A stretch of DNA of 64,000 bases from Clostridia bacterium (GTDB lineage Bacteria; Bacillota; Clostridia; TANB77; UBA1234), in assembly GCA_017469465.1 (NCBI GenBank), contig JAFUGH010000018.1, forward strand, positions 31,149 through 95,148. Reading direction: 5' to 3'. Each line of letters starts with the position of its first letter. Position 1 is the first letter of the stretch. The notes beneath the pieces were generated by a model. The model had not been told where the DNA came from and made no database searches. It saw nothing but the letters and a program-made list of their open reading frames with translations. The position numbers and the translations under genes are program-made. Shown in pieces: positions 1-8,490 of the stretch.

Positions 1-71
1 AATCGTAACTTATTATATTGATCTACCTCTCCGTAACCTACTAAAAATTTTTGTTTATAATGATACTCCAT
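1..71 (-). CDS. 5' end of an unidentified CDS that runs off the window (MEYHYKQKFLVGYGEVDQYNKLR...)
   Basis: ATG at 71 with AAAGGA about 9 nt upstream. The frame is open to the window edge. Too short to assign a function. Confidence 0.3.
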   Translation of the reverse strand, partial: MEYHYKQKFLVGYGEVDQYNKLR

Positions 72-96
72 CTGCATTTTCCTTTCTCTGCTACAA

Positions 97-453
97 CTAT
101 TCGTGAATAATCTTAGGGCCTAACCTTTTTCCACCAATAACATGATAATGTAAATGATGAACCGTTTGTCCCCCATCTTCACCATAATTTGTTATTACTC
201 GAAAACCGTTCTCTTGAGCATCAATTTTTTTATTTTTTGCAACATTTTGAATCATCTTATGAATTTCATTAATATATACCATGTTCTCATCATTTACTTC
301 CATAATATTTGCAATATGTTTTTTAGGTACTATCAAAACATGTACGGGTGCAACCGGATAAGCATCTTCAAAAGCGATTACGTATTCATTTTCATTAACA
401 ACTTTCGCTGGGATTTCATGTTTAATAATTTTACAAAAAATACATTCTTCCAT
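97..453 (-). CDS. HIT (histidine triad) family protein
   Basis: 118 aa. C-terminal HHLHYHVIGG histidine-triad motif and typical N-terminal CIFCKI. Confidence 0.9.
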   Translation of the reverse strand: MEECIFCKIIKHEIPAKVVNENEYVIAFEDAYPVAPVHVLIVPKKHIANIMEVNDENMVYINEIHKMIQNVAKNKKIDAQENGFRVITNYGEDGGQTVHHLHYHVIGGKRLGPKIIHE

Positions 454-485
454 CTTGAAATACCTCCATTCAAAAATTTAAAGTA

Positions 486-510
486 ATGGCGCACAATGTG
501 CGCCGTTATA
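486..510. repeat. Family-A palindromic unit (ATGGCGCACAATGTGCGCC)
   Basis: 17-nt palindrome at 488..504 with an AT flank, lying between the alaS stop and the HIT gene start. Confidence 0.8.
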
Positions 511-511
511 A

Positions 512-2272
512 CTATTTTTCAAGAATTGCTTTAATTCTTCTAATACCTGCTGCAACTCCTTCTTCTTTCACTATTTTAAAATGTCCCATATTTCCTGTTC
601 TTTCAACATGAGGCCCTCCGCATATTTCTTTACTAAAGTCACCGATTGTATATACTTTTACTTTATCTCCATATTTACTTGCAAATAGTCCCATTGCACC
701 AGAAGCCTTTGCATCATCATAAGACATTTCTTCACATGTAACCACCAAATCTCTTTGAATTTGTTCATTTACTATATCTTCTACTTGCTTTAATTGCTCA
801 GGTGTAACTTTTTGCGGATTTGCGAAGTCAAATCTCAATCTTTCTGCCGTAAGGTTTGATCCTTTTTGTGTTGCATGCTCTCCAAGAACAATTTGTAAAG
901 CCTTATGTAATAAGTGAGTAGCTGTATGATATGCTGTTGTTTGTTCACTATGGTCTGCCAAACCGCCTTTAAATTTAGCTTCTGAACCAGCTCTCGAAAG
1001 TTCCTGATGCTTTTTAAACAATTCTTGAAACTCTTCCATATTAATTTCCATGCTTGCTTCTCTAGCTAATTCAGCGGTCATTTCAGGAGGGAAACCAAAT
1101 GTATCATATAGTCTAAATACAACTTGTCCTTCTAATTTTGTTTTTCCTTCTTCTTTGGCTTTCTTCACATTTTTATCAAATTCTTTTTCACCATTTGCTA
1201 GTGTCTTCATAAATTTATTTTTTTCTTCGACAATTACATTAATAATTGTTTCTTTATTCGCTGAAATTTCAGGATACATTTCTTTTGTAATTTTTTCAAA
1301 TGTATCAAGTAAAGTAGTAACATTATCTGGATCAAATTCGATTTTTCTCATATGACGAATTACTCTTCTAAGTAATCTTCTTAACACATAACCTTGTTCT
1401 ACATTACTTGGTCTAACTCCATCAACAATCATAAACATTGATGTCCTTAAGTGATCCGAAATAATTCTCGCACTTTCCATGTTAAAATTGTTCGACAATT
1501 CTTTTATCTTAATGATTTCATCTGCGAATAGTTCCGTGTCATAAACACTGCTTTTTCCTTGAAGTAATCCAATTACTCTTTCTAATCCAAGTCCTGTATC
1601 TACATTTGGATGCTTTAGTGGTTCTAATGTTCCATCTTTCTTTTTGTTATATTGCATAAAAACATTATTCCAAATTTCTAAATATTTACCACAACTACAT
1701 GTAGGGTCACAATGCTCTGAACATTTTTCTTTTCCTGTATCATAAAAAATCTCAGTATCTGGTCCACATGGTCCTGTTTCACCAGCTGGTCCCCACCAAT
1801 TATGTTCTCTAGAGCAATAATAAATTCTTTCTTTTGGAATTCCCATTTCTTCCCAACGTTTTGCAGCCTCTTCATCCCTAGGAATTCCTTCCTCTCCTGC
1901 AAAAACTGTTACAGAAATTTTATTCATATCAAAACCTAATACATCTTTTAAAAATGTATAACTCATTTCAATTGATTCATGCTTAAAATAATCGCCCAGT
2001 GACCAGTTACCTAGCATTTCAAAAAAAGTTAAGTGACTGTTATCACCAACGGAATCAATATCTCCTGTTCTTACACATTTTTGATAATCAGTGAGTCTCT
2101 TACCTTGAGGATGTGGTTCACCTAACAAATAAGGTACTAATGGATGCATTCCAGCAGTTGTGAATAAAACTGTAGGATCATTTTCAGGCACTACTGGAGC
2201 ACTAGGTATTTCTTTATGTCCATGTTCTTTAAAAAATTCTATGTACTTTCTTCTTAGTTCATATGCTTTCAT
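512..2272 (-). CDS. alaS: Alanine--tRNA ligase, short form (catalytic and editing domains, no C-Ala domain)
   Basis: 586 aa. Class II AlaRS N-terminus (FTTAGMHP, FFEMLGNWSLGDYF). Editing-domain HxxxH (HTATHLLH) and CxxxH (CGGPHV) motifs lie near the C-terminus. Confidence 0.88.
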   Translation of the reverse strand: MKAYELRRKYIEFFKEHGHKEIPSAPVVPENDPTVLFTTAGMHPLVPYLLGEPHPQGKRLTDYQKCVRTGDIDSVGDNSHLTFFEMLGNWSLGDYFKHESIEMSYTFLKDVLGFDMNKISVTVFAGEEGIPRDEEAAKRWEEMGIPKERIYYCSREHNWWGPAGETGPCGPDTEIFYDTGKEKCSEHCDPTCSCGKYLEIWNNVFMQYNKKKDGTLEPLKHPNVDTGLGLERVIGLLQGKSSVYDTELFADEIIKIKELSNNFNMESARIISDHLRTSMFMIVDGVRPSNVEQGYVLRRLLRRVIRHMRKIEFDPDNVTTLLDTFEKITKEMYPEISANKETIINVIVEEKNKFMKTLANGEKEFDKNVKKAKEEGKTKLEGQVVFRLYDTFGFPPEMTAELAREASMEINMEEFQELFKKHQELSRAGSEAKFKGGLADHSEQTTAYHTATHLLHKALQIVLGEHATQKGSNLTAERLRFDFANPQKVTPEQLKQVEDIVNEQIQRDLVVTCEEMSYDDAKASGAMGLFASKYGDKVKVYTIGDFSKEICGGPHVERTGNMGHFKIVKEEGVAAGIRRIKAILEK

Positions 2273-2300
2273 ATTAATCCTCCCTTACAATAACGCAATT

Positions 2301-2329
2301 ATTATATACCTTAAAGTTTTATCCGTCAA
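2301..2329 (-). promoter_or_regulatory. Sigma-70-type promoter for alaS
   Basis: On the minus strand: TTGACG, 17-nt spacer, TATAAT, about 25 nt upstream of the alaS start and its GGGAGG RBS. Confidence 0.5.
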
Positions 2330-2342
2330 TTATGTAATTTCA

Positions 2343-2603
2343 TAAATTACAATTTGTCGGTTAGACCATTGAGGACGAAGACGGAGAATTTTGGCTTTTT
2401 CGACCAATAGGGACGTGGTTTTTTCGACCAATAGGGACGGAGGATTTTGGTTTTTTCTTTAAGTAACAAGATTCCAATTTTTGAAAGATGAAAAAACCAA
2501 AATCCTCCGTCCCTATTGGTCGAAAAAACCACGTCCCTATTGGTCGAAAATCCTTCGTCTCCGTCCCAAATGGCCCTCCAAGACCCAGACAAATTGTAAT
2601 TTA
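2343..2603. mobile_element. MITE-like 261-bp palindromic element with 16-bp terminal inverted repeats
   Basis: TIR TAAATTACAATTTGTC at 2343..2358 and its exact complement at 2588..2603. The inner arms have about 62 nt of perfect complementarity. Each arm carries two tandem TTTCGACCAATAGGGACG copies, around a ~33-nt loop. Confidence 0.6.
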
Positions 2604-2744
2604 CATCCAATTATACTTTTTGGCAAACTTTTTCGTCTTTTTAACAATTGTATTTTTTATATCAAAAATTTCGTCACTTGCCATTGTGCCAATAACTCCA
2701 CCTATTACAGCACCAAATATCATTCCTGTCATTAAATTTTTCAT
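2601..2744 (-). CDS. Small glycine-zipper membrane protein, 47 aa (MKNLMTGMIFGAVIGGVIGTMASDE...)
   Basis: ATG at 2744 with AGGAAG 9 nt upstream. Hydrophobic G-rich helix followed by a basic tail. Below the ORF-track size cutoff. Confidence 0.45.
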   Translation of the reverse strand: MKNLMTGMIFGAVIGGVIGTMASDEIFDIKNTIVKKTKKFAKKYNWM

Positions 2745-2792
2745 TTTTCATTCTTCCTTTCTTTTTTATGTTCTTTTATCGTCGTTACCATT

Positions 2793-3122
2793 TCATACAT
2801 TCCGAACCGACAGCAAGAAAAAGCCAAAATATCGTTTTAAGCTTTCTGGTTCAATAAATTTAGTTAAATACGCACCAAAACCACTTCCTATTACACTGGG
2901 AATAAATAATTTTTTTGCAATTTTCTTTTCAACATTTTGATTTTTGATGTGAATCAATACTGCAATAACAGCAGTAGGAATAAAAAAAACTAAATTTGTA
3001 GCTTGTGCAATATGTTGTGGCACTTCCATAAAGTTAACTAATACTAAGATTAAAATACTTCCTCCACCCATTCCAAGTCCTGTTATTATGCCTGAAATAA
3101 TACCAACTAAAATTAATTTCAT
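2793..3122 (-). CDS. Half-size TauE/SafE (TSUP) family membrane protein, second half
   Basis: Start moved to MKLILVG (ATG at 3122), 7 nt after the upstream TAA. GxGGG motif and 4 predicted TM helices. Confidence 0.7.
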   Translation of the reverse strand: MKLILVGIISGIITGLGMGGGSILILVLVNFMEVPQHIAQATNLVFFIPTAVIAVLIHIKNQNVEKKIAKKLFIPSVIGSGFGAYLTKFIEPESLKRYFGFFLLSVRNV

Positions 3123-3129
3123 ACTTATC

Positions 3130-3474
3130 TTACCCTTTAACAATCATTTTTATAGATGCAATAACTAAAAAAATGTCAAAAGTTATCGCAAGCCAAAATT
3201 TAGGAATTCTTTTCATTAATTTTGCGCCAATAAAACCTCCAATGCTTCCACCTATTACTACATTGACTATTATACTTAAATCAAAATAATTATAATTTGC
3301 ATAAAAAATAGAAGCAACTAATACAGCTGGGAATACTGTTATTAATGTTGTTCCACGAGCCTTATATTCATCTAATTTTAAAATACTTGTAAGCGCAGGA
3401 TGAATTAATAAACCACCGCCTGTTCCAAAAAATCCACTAATCAAACCTGCAAAAAGACCTATAACATATGCCAT
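3130..3474 (-). CDS. Half-size TauE/SafE (TSUP) family membrane protein, first half
   Basis: Start moved to MAYVIGL (ATG at 3474, TGGAG RBS). FFGTGGG motif and 4 TM helices. Confidence 0.7.
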   Translation of the reverse strand: MAYVIGLFAGLISGFFGTGGGLLIHPALTSILKLDEYKARGTTLITVFPAVLVASIFYANYNYFDLSIIVNVVIGGSIGGFIGAKLMKRIPKFWLAITFDIFLVIASIKMIVKG

Positions 3475-3576
3475 TGTTAACTCCAAAACAAATTTCAGAT
3501 AAATAGTTTTCAAATAACAAAAAAACTCTAATAATACTATTATCAGAGTTTTTTTCATTTTTATTCAAAATAAGTT

Positions 3577-4839
3577 TCATTTTTTCTTTTTCAATTGTTC
3601 TTCCGTTTCGTCAGGAACATAGTACTTAGTACCAAGCATCTTATCTGGCAAATATTGTTGCTCAACCTCATGATTTGGATAGTCATGTGGATATTTATAA
3701 CCAACGCCATATCCAAAATCTGACATTCCCTCTGCAGGTGCATTTCTAATATGCATTGGAATCGTTCCAGTATCTTTATTTTCAACATCTGACAATGCTT
3801 TATCTATTCCTAAATATGCAGCATTTGATTTAGGACTTCTCGCAACATAAGTTGCTGCATGTGCCAATAATATTCTTGCTTCAGGCATTCCGATTTGATG
3901 AATTCCTTGCATTGCTGCAACGGCAACAACTAAGGCATTGGAATTTGCCATACCAACATCCTCGGAAGCACAAATAACAATTCTTCTTGCCAAAAACATT
4001 GGATCTTCACCTGCATATAGTGCTCTAGCTAAATAAAACAAAACAGCATCCGGATCTCCTCCACGCATAGATTTGATAAATGCGCTAATGTTGTCATAGT
4101 GACTATCTCCATCTTTGTCAAATTGTGCTTTTTTCTTTTGAATACATTCACTTGCTATTTCTTGAGTGATCTCAATTTCTCCAATTGAATTCATGTCCGT
4201 AGTTAATGTCGCAATTTCTAGAGCATTTAATGCAACTCTTACGTCTCCACCTGATAACTCAGCAATATACTTTAAAACAGTATCGTTTACTTTAATATTA
4301 TACATTCCTAAGCCTTTTTCTTTATTTTCAATTGCATTTTTTAAAAGTTGAAAAATATGCTCATTTCCTAGTGGTTCTAATTTAAATACTGTTGAACGAG
4401 AAATTAAAGCCTTATTAACCGAAAAATACGGATTCTCAGTTGTGGCCCCAATTAAAATAACCGTACCGTCTTCTACATATGGCAAAAGAGCATCTTGTTG
4501 AAGTTTGTTAAACCTATGAATTTCATCTATGAATAAAACAACCTTTCCAGAGGGATTTAAAAGCAAATTTTTGGCATCTTCCACTGCACTTTTTATATCT
4601 GATACTCCTGCTGCCACTGCATTTAATTTTTGAAATTTATTTTTGGTAGAGTTGGCAATTACCCTAGCAAGTGACGTTTTTCCACACCCAGGTGGTCCCC
4701 ATAAAATAATGCTAGATAGCCTATCAGCCTTTATCAATCGATATAACATTTTGTCTTTTGATAATATATGTTCTTGCCCAACGTACTCTTCTATCGTCGT
4801 CGGACACATTCTATACGCTAATGGTACATTTTTTTCCAT
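3577..4839 (-). CDS. rarA: Replication-associated recombination protein A (AAA+ ATPase)
   Basis: 420 aa. Walker A GPPGCGKTS, Walker B FIDEIHRF, and the conserved MgsA C-terminal domain. Confidence 0.9.
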   Translation of the reverse strand: MEKNVPLAYRMCPTTIEEYVGQEHILSKDKMLYRLIKADRLSSIILWGPPGCGKTSLARVIANSTKNKFQKLNAVAAGVSDIKSAVEDAKNLLLNPSGKVVLFIDEIHRFNKLQQDALLPYVEDGTVILIGATTENPYFSVNKALISRSTVFKLEPLGNEHIFQLLKNAIENKEKGLGMYNIKVNDTVLKYIAELSGGDVRVALNALEIATLTTDMNSIGEIEITQEIASECIQKKKAQFDKDGDSHYDNISAFIKSMRGGDPDAVLFYLARALYAGEDPMFLARRIVICASEDVGMANSNALVVAVAAMQGIHQIGMPEARILLAHAATYVARSPKSNAAYLGIDKALSDVENKDTGTIPMHIRNAPAEGMSDFGYGVGYKYPHDYPNHEVEQQYLPDKMLGTKYYVPDETEEQLKKKK

Positions 4840-4870
4840 TTATCATTCTCCTTATTTTTTTGTACTAGCA

Positions 4871-4952
4871 AACTATGTTCACCATGGAGCAAGCTGGCTC
4901 CGATACATTCTTCATACTGATGCACTTCGTAGCTGCACACATTGTGCGCCAT
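4871..4952. repeat. Cluster of degenerate family-A units
   Basis: CTATGTTCACCAT, GGAGCAAGCTGGCTCC and CGTAGCTGCACACATTGTGCGCCAT, between the ruvA stop and the rarA start. Confidence 0.6.
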
Positions 4953-4957
4953 ATTCT

Positions 4958-5560
4958 TTACTTCTTTGAAAAATATAGCAACGCTCTTTTAATAATATCT
5001 TCCACTGACATATTGGATGAATCAAATGATGAGACTGCTTTTGTTGCTTCTTTTACAGGATATCCTAATACTTGAAGTGCGCTTACAGCTTCACTTGCAT
5101 TATCATCATTAGCAATTATTTCTGTAAATACAGGATCATTTGATGGAAGAGATTCATCTGTTTTCAATTTATCTTTCAATTCTAATATAATTCTTTGTGC
5201 AGACTTTGCGCCTATGCCAGGTAGTTTTGTCAATTCCTTCACATTATTAGTAATTACTGCTAGTGCAAAACTTGATGGCGTAATATTCGCAAGAATAGAA
5301 TTCGCAGATTTTGCTCCTACTCCACTCACACTAATTAATAATTCGAACATACGGAGTTCTTCCAAGCTATAAAAGCCATATAAACTAATATCATCTTCTC
5401 TTACATGATAATGTGTATAAACCTTTACTTGATCACCAATTTCTCCAAGTTTATTAATGGTTGTAATAGGTGCAAAAACTTTATAACCAATTCCTCCTGC
5501 TTCAATTACAACGTAGTCATTTCCCTTTATTTCCAAACTTCCTTTAATATATGCGTACAT
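4958..5560 (-). CDS. ruvA: Holliday junction branch migration protein RuvA
   Basis: 200 aa. MYAYIKG...GIGYKV N-terminus and two HhH motifs (GVGAKSA, GIGAKSAQRI). Confidence 0.9.
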   Translation of the reverse strand: MYAYIKGSLEIKGNDYVVIEAGGIGYKVFAPITTINKLGEIGDQVKVYTHYHVREDDISLYGFYSLEELRMFELLISVSGVGAKSANSILANITPSSFALAVITNNVKELTKLPGIGAKSAQRIILELKDKLKTDESLPSNDPVFTEIIANDDNASEAVSALQVLGYPVKEATKAVSSFDSSNMSVEDIIKRALLYFSKK

Positions 5561-5781
5561 ATCAAAACTCCTTTATTTAATTTGTATCTTTTTTCTACCC
5601 ATCATCTAGCATAATATAAACGAACGTTCTTGTCAATTATATCGCCAAAAACTTATTCCATTTTTTCATGATACGAGACTACATTTTTTCTTCACTTTTA
5701 ATTATTAAACTGTTACAATGTTGTTGTATGAATGAAAATTTGTGGAATAATAAAACTATTATAATGAGAGGAGTTTTTTAT

Positions 5782-6753
5782 ATGAAAATAGCTTTTTTTG
5801 AAATATCAAATATAGAAAAAGATAAATTTGAGAAGGCATTTCCGAAAGAGGAACTTCAATTTTTTGAAGAAACACTTCAAGATGTCGAAATTCAAAAATA
5901 TATTGAAAGTGATGCAATATGTGTATTTGTTCATTCTGAAGTTAATCAAGAGATACTAGGCAAAATGCCTAATTTAAAGCTAATTGCAACACGTTCTACC
6001 GGTACGGATCATATTAATCTAGATGCTTGTAAAGAAAGAAATATTGAAGTAAAAAATGTTCCATTATATGGAGAAAATACTGTTGCAGAGCATACTTTTG
6101 CATTGATGCTTTCACTATCTAGAAAAATTCATAAGTCGTATGTACGTTCCATCCAAGGAAAATTTACAACAGAAGGACTTCAAGGTTTTGATTTAAAAGA
6201 TAAAACACTTGGAATTATCGGTGGCGGAAGAATCGGTCTTCATGTTGCAAGAATAGCTAGAAGTTTTGGTATGCATGTGAGGGTTTATGATATTCATAAA
6301 GATACTTTTCTTGCAGAACTAATCAATTTTAAATATGTCTCTTTAGATGAATTGCTAGAAACATCTGACATTGTATCATTACATGTACCACTTAATAAAT
6401 ATACAGAACATATGATTAATACAGATTCTCTTATAAAATTTAAAGATGGTTCACTTCTAATTAATACTGCACGAGGAGGTTTAGTAGATACTCCTGCATT
6501 AATTGATGCTTTAAAAAATGGGAAGCTCGCAGGTGCAGGACTTGACGTAATTGAAGGAGAAGAATATTTGATTGAAGAAAATATTTTCAATTCTCCTGTT
6601 GAAAAAGCAGCCAAATTAATTGTTGAAAGTAAACAATTATTAGATAACGAAAATGTTGTTTTAACTCCTCACAATGCTTTTAATAGTGTGGAGGCAGTTA
6701 ATAGAATTATTGATACTTCCATTGATAATATTAAAACGTTCATCGAAAATTGA
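5782..6753 (+). CDS. D-isomer-specific 2-hydroxyacid dehydrogenase
   Basis: Start moved to MKIAFFE (ATG at 5782, GAGAGGAG RBS). NAD-binding GIIGGGRIGLHVARIA and the conserved LINTARG/HNAF motifs. Confidence 0.85.
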   Translation: MKIAFFEISNIEKDKFEKAFPKEELQFFEETLQDVEIQKYIESDAICVFVHSEVNQEILGKMPNLKLIATRSTGTDHINLDACKERNIEVKNVPLYGENTVAEHTFALMLSLSRKIHKSYVRSIQGKFTTEGLQGFDLKDKTLGIIGGGRIGLHVARIARSFGMHVRVYDIHKDTFLAELINFKYVSLDELLETSDIVSLHVPLNKYTEHMINTDSLIKFKDGSLLINTARGGLVDTPALIDALKNGKLAGAGLDVIEGEEYLIEENIFNSPVEKAAKLIVESKQLLDNENVVLTPHNAFNSVEAVNRIIDTSIDNIKTFIEN

Positions 6754-6770
6754 AAAAATTTCATTTACAC

Positions 6771-6872
6771 GCACAGTAGGGACGTCCATTAGTTGTGCAA
6801 CACGAAACATAATGTCTATATTTTACAAGTTATGTTGTCATGTTGCCCAACTAATGGACGTCCCCGCTGTGC
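6771..6872. repeat. Family-B inverted repeat (about 42-nt arms containing GGGACGTCC)
   Basis: GCACAGTAGGGACGTCCATTAGTTGTGCAACA... pairs with ...TGTTGCCCAACTAATGGACGTCCCCGCTGTGC. Lies between convergent genes. Confidence 0.75.
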
Positions 6873-6883
6873 ACAAATCATTT

Positions 6884-7765
6884 CTATTCTTCTATTTTTT
6901 CAGGTTCAGCATATTCTACATCAAAAGTTTCAACTGTCATTTTCTTAATTGTTGGTGGATTTTTGGGTCTTGTCATCTCGGTTGTCTCATTTAGATATTG
7001 ATAATATAAATCTATTGAATCAATTTCTCCGCCTTCTTTGATTAGTTTTTGAATATTTGCTGAATACTCTTTTCTCATCGTTTCAGAATTAACTATTCGA
7101 TATACGACATCCATTCCTTCTATTACTTTACCAAAGCCAGCATATTTACCGTCTAAGCTTAAATATGATTGGTCATTTGTTACGATAAAAAATTGTGAAC
7201 CAGCTGAATTAGGCTCATTTGCTCTCGCCATAGATATGACACCAATCTCATGTTTTAAATCATTTGAAAAACCATTTTCAGAAAACTCACCATATATTGA
7301 ATAGCCTGGTCCACCTGTGCCATCACCACTTGGATCTCCACCTTGTGCCATAAATTCAGGCATAACTCTATGGAATGTTAAACCATCATAAAAACCTTTA
7401 TTAATTAATGAAATAAAATTCTCCACCGTCGTTGGTGCAATTTGTGGATACAATTCTATCTTTACAATTTCTCCACTTGTCATTTCCATTGTTACAATAG
7501 GGTTTTGCTCAACATTACTGTATTTTTTTGAATTAACCATCTTCACTGTGTCCTCCCCACTTTTTTTAGCCATTATTTCTCCACTTTTTTTACTTATCGT
7601 ACTTAAGTCGACTATACCATTTTTTTGATTATTAGCATCTTTGGCAAAAACATACCAAATAGCTAATGCTGCAATTACACATAACACTACTATTGTTATT
7701 GCAATTTTTGTATTTTGCTCTTTCTTTTTTCTTTGCTCTTTTGCAGTTAAAGTTAATTTGCTCAT
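6884..7765 (-). CDS. Membrane-anchored cyclophilin-type peptidyl-prolyl isomerase
   Basis: Start moved to MSKLTL (ATG at 7765, GAGGAG RBS). One TM helix followed by a cyclophilin domain (FHRVMPEFMAQGGDP). Confidence 0.85.
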   Translation of the reverse strand: MSKLTLTAKEQRKKKEQNTKIAITIVVLCVIAALAIWYVFAKDANNQKNGIVDLSTISKKSGEIMAKKSGEDTVKMVNSKKYSNVEQNPIVTMEMTSGEIVKIELYPQIAPTTVENFISLINKGFYDGLTFHRVMPEFMAQGGDPSGDGTGGPGYSIYGEFSENGFSNDLKHEIGVISMARANEPNSAGSQFFIVTNDQSYLSLDGKYAGFGKVIEGMDVVYRIVNSETMRKEYSANIQKLIKEGGEIDSIDLYYQYLNETTEMTRPKNPPTIKKMTVETFDVEYAEPEKIEE

Positions 7766-7853
7766 AATCATACTCCTCACTTTTTTAACTATTGATAGTT
7801 TAGTGTATATTTTTTTACCTGTCAAGGGGTGAATGGAACAAAAGAGAAAATTA

Positions 7854-7975
7854 GAAAATCAAAGATTTTCAATTTTCTTACGTTGCCTTCGGCAACGTAA
7901 GAATGTGCTTTTGTTGTTTCATACGGAAAGTATAACTTTCCTATAAAATAAGAAAAAAGGAGCACTTCGTGCTCC
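7854..7975. repeat. String of four hairpins, including one family-A core
   Basis: GAAAATCAAAGATTTTC (7854..7870), CTTACGTTGCCTTCGGCAACGTAAG (7877..7901), GGAAAGTATAACTTTCC (7925..7941), GGAGCACTTCGTGCTCC (7959..7975). Confidence 0.75.
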
Positions 7976-8006
7976 ACTAAGAATCTTTTCATTCATCTCT
8001 TGCTTT

Positions 8007-8465
8007 TTATGAATTCTCATTTTTATTTACTTCTTTTAATAATTCTAATTGAGAAATTAAAAGAGCTTCCATTTTTGCTTTATATACATCAAATTGTTTT
8101 TTAGTGTCATCTAGTTGTAATCTCTTTTCTACAACTTGTTTATTGATTGTATCTACAGATTTTAGGGCATTTATTTCGGCTTCCTTTATAATATTATCTG
8201 CTTCCACCTTTGCACTTTGTTTTACACTTTCAGCCGTACCTTGTGCAACGACTAAAGCGTTTTGTAAAGTATCTTCGATTGATTTATAATGTTGAATTCC
8301 TTGATTCAAAACATCAATCTTATCTTTATATTCGATATTCTCTTTATAAAGTTTTTCATAATCCTTAAGCAAGTCATTCATGAATGCGCGTACTTCTTCT
8401 ACGCTATAGCCACTCATTAGCTGTTTGCTAAAGGTTTTATTTTCTATATCTAATGGAGTTAACAT
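8007..8465 (-). CDS. divIVA: DivIVA-domain cell division protein
   Basis: Start moved to MLTPLDI (ATG at 8465, GGGAGG RBS). MLTPLDIENKTFSK signature followed by coiled coil. Confidence 0.85.
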   Translation of the reverse strand: MLTPLDIENKTFSKQLMSGYSVEEVRAFMNDLLKDYEKLYKENIEYKDKIDVLNQGIQHYKSIEDTLQNALVVAQGTAESVKQSAKVEADNIIKEAEINALKSVDTINKQVVEKRLQLDDTKKQFDVYKAKMEALLISQLELLKEVNKNENS

Positions 8466-8490
8466 ATAAAAACCTCCCATCATTCAATTC

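Noticed and set aside
2273-2342. T-box leader upstream of alaS
   Set aside because: The predicted promoter is only about 25 nt from the RBS, leaving no room for specifier and antiterminator helices. No T-box sequence was seen.
2347-2940. Three ORF-track entries (87, 84 and 150 aa) over the palindromic element, with mirrored peptides such as KILRPYWSKKPRPYWSKK on both strands
   Set aside because: They are translations of the inverted and tandem repeats, read open on both strands. They have no RBS. The 150-aa ORF is also antisense to the small glycine-zipper ORF and the TSUP gene.
3122-3143. Frameshifted pseudogene explanation for the two TSUP halves based on the 14-nt ORF-track overlap
   Set aside because: The overlap disappears when the second gene starts at MKLILVG (ATG at 3122). 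Both halves have their own start and a plausible RBS. The pseudogene option is kept only as a low-probability alternative in the findings.
5668-5781. 38-residue N-terminal extension of the dehydrogenase ORF
   Set aside because: It has no RBS and an odd Cys-rich sequence. The ATG at 5782 has a GAGAGGAG RBS and gives the canonical MKIAFF start.
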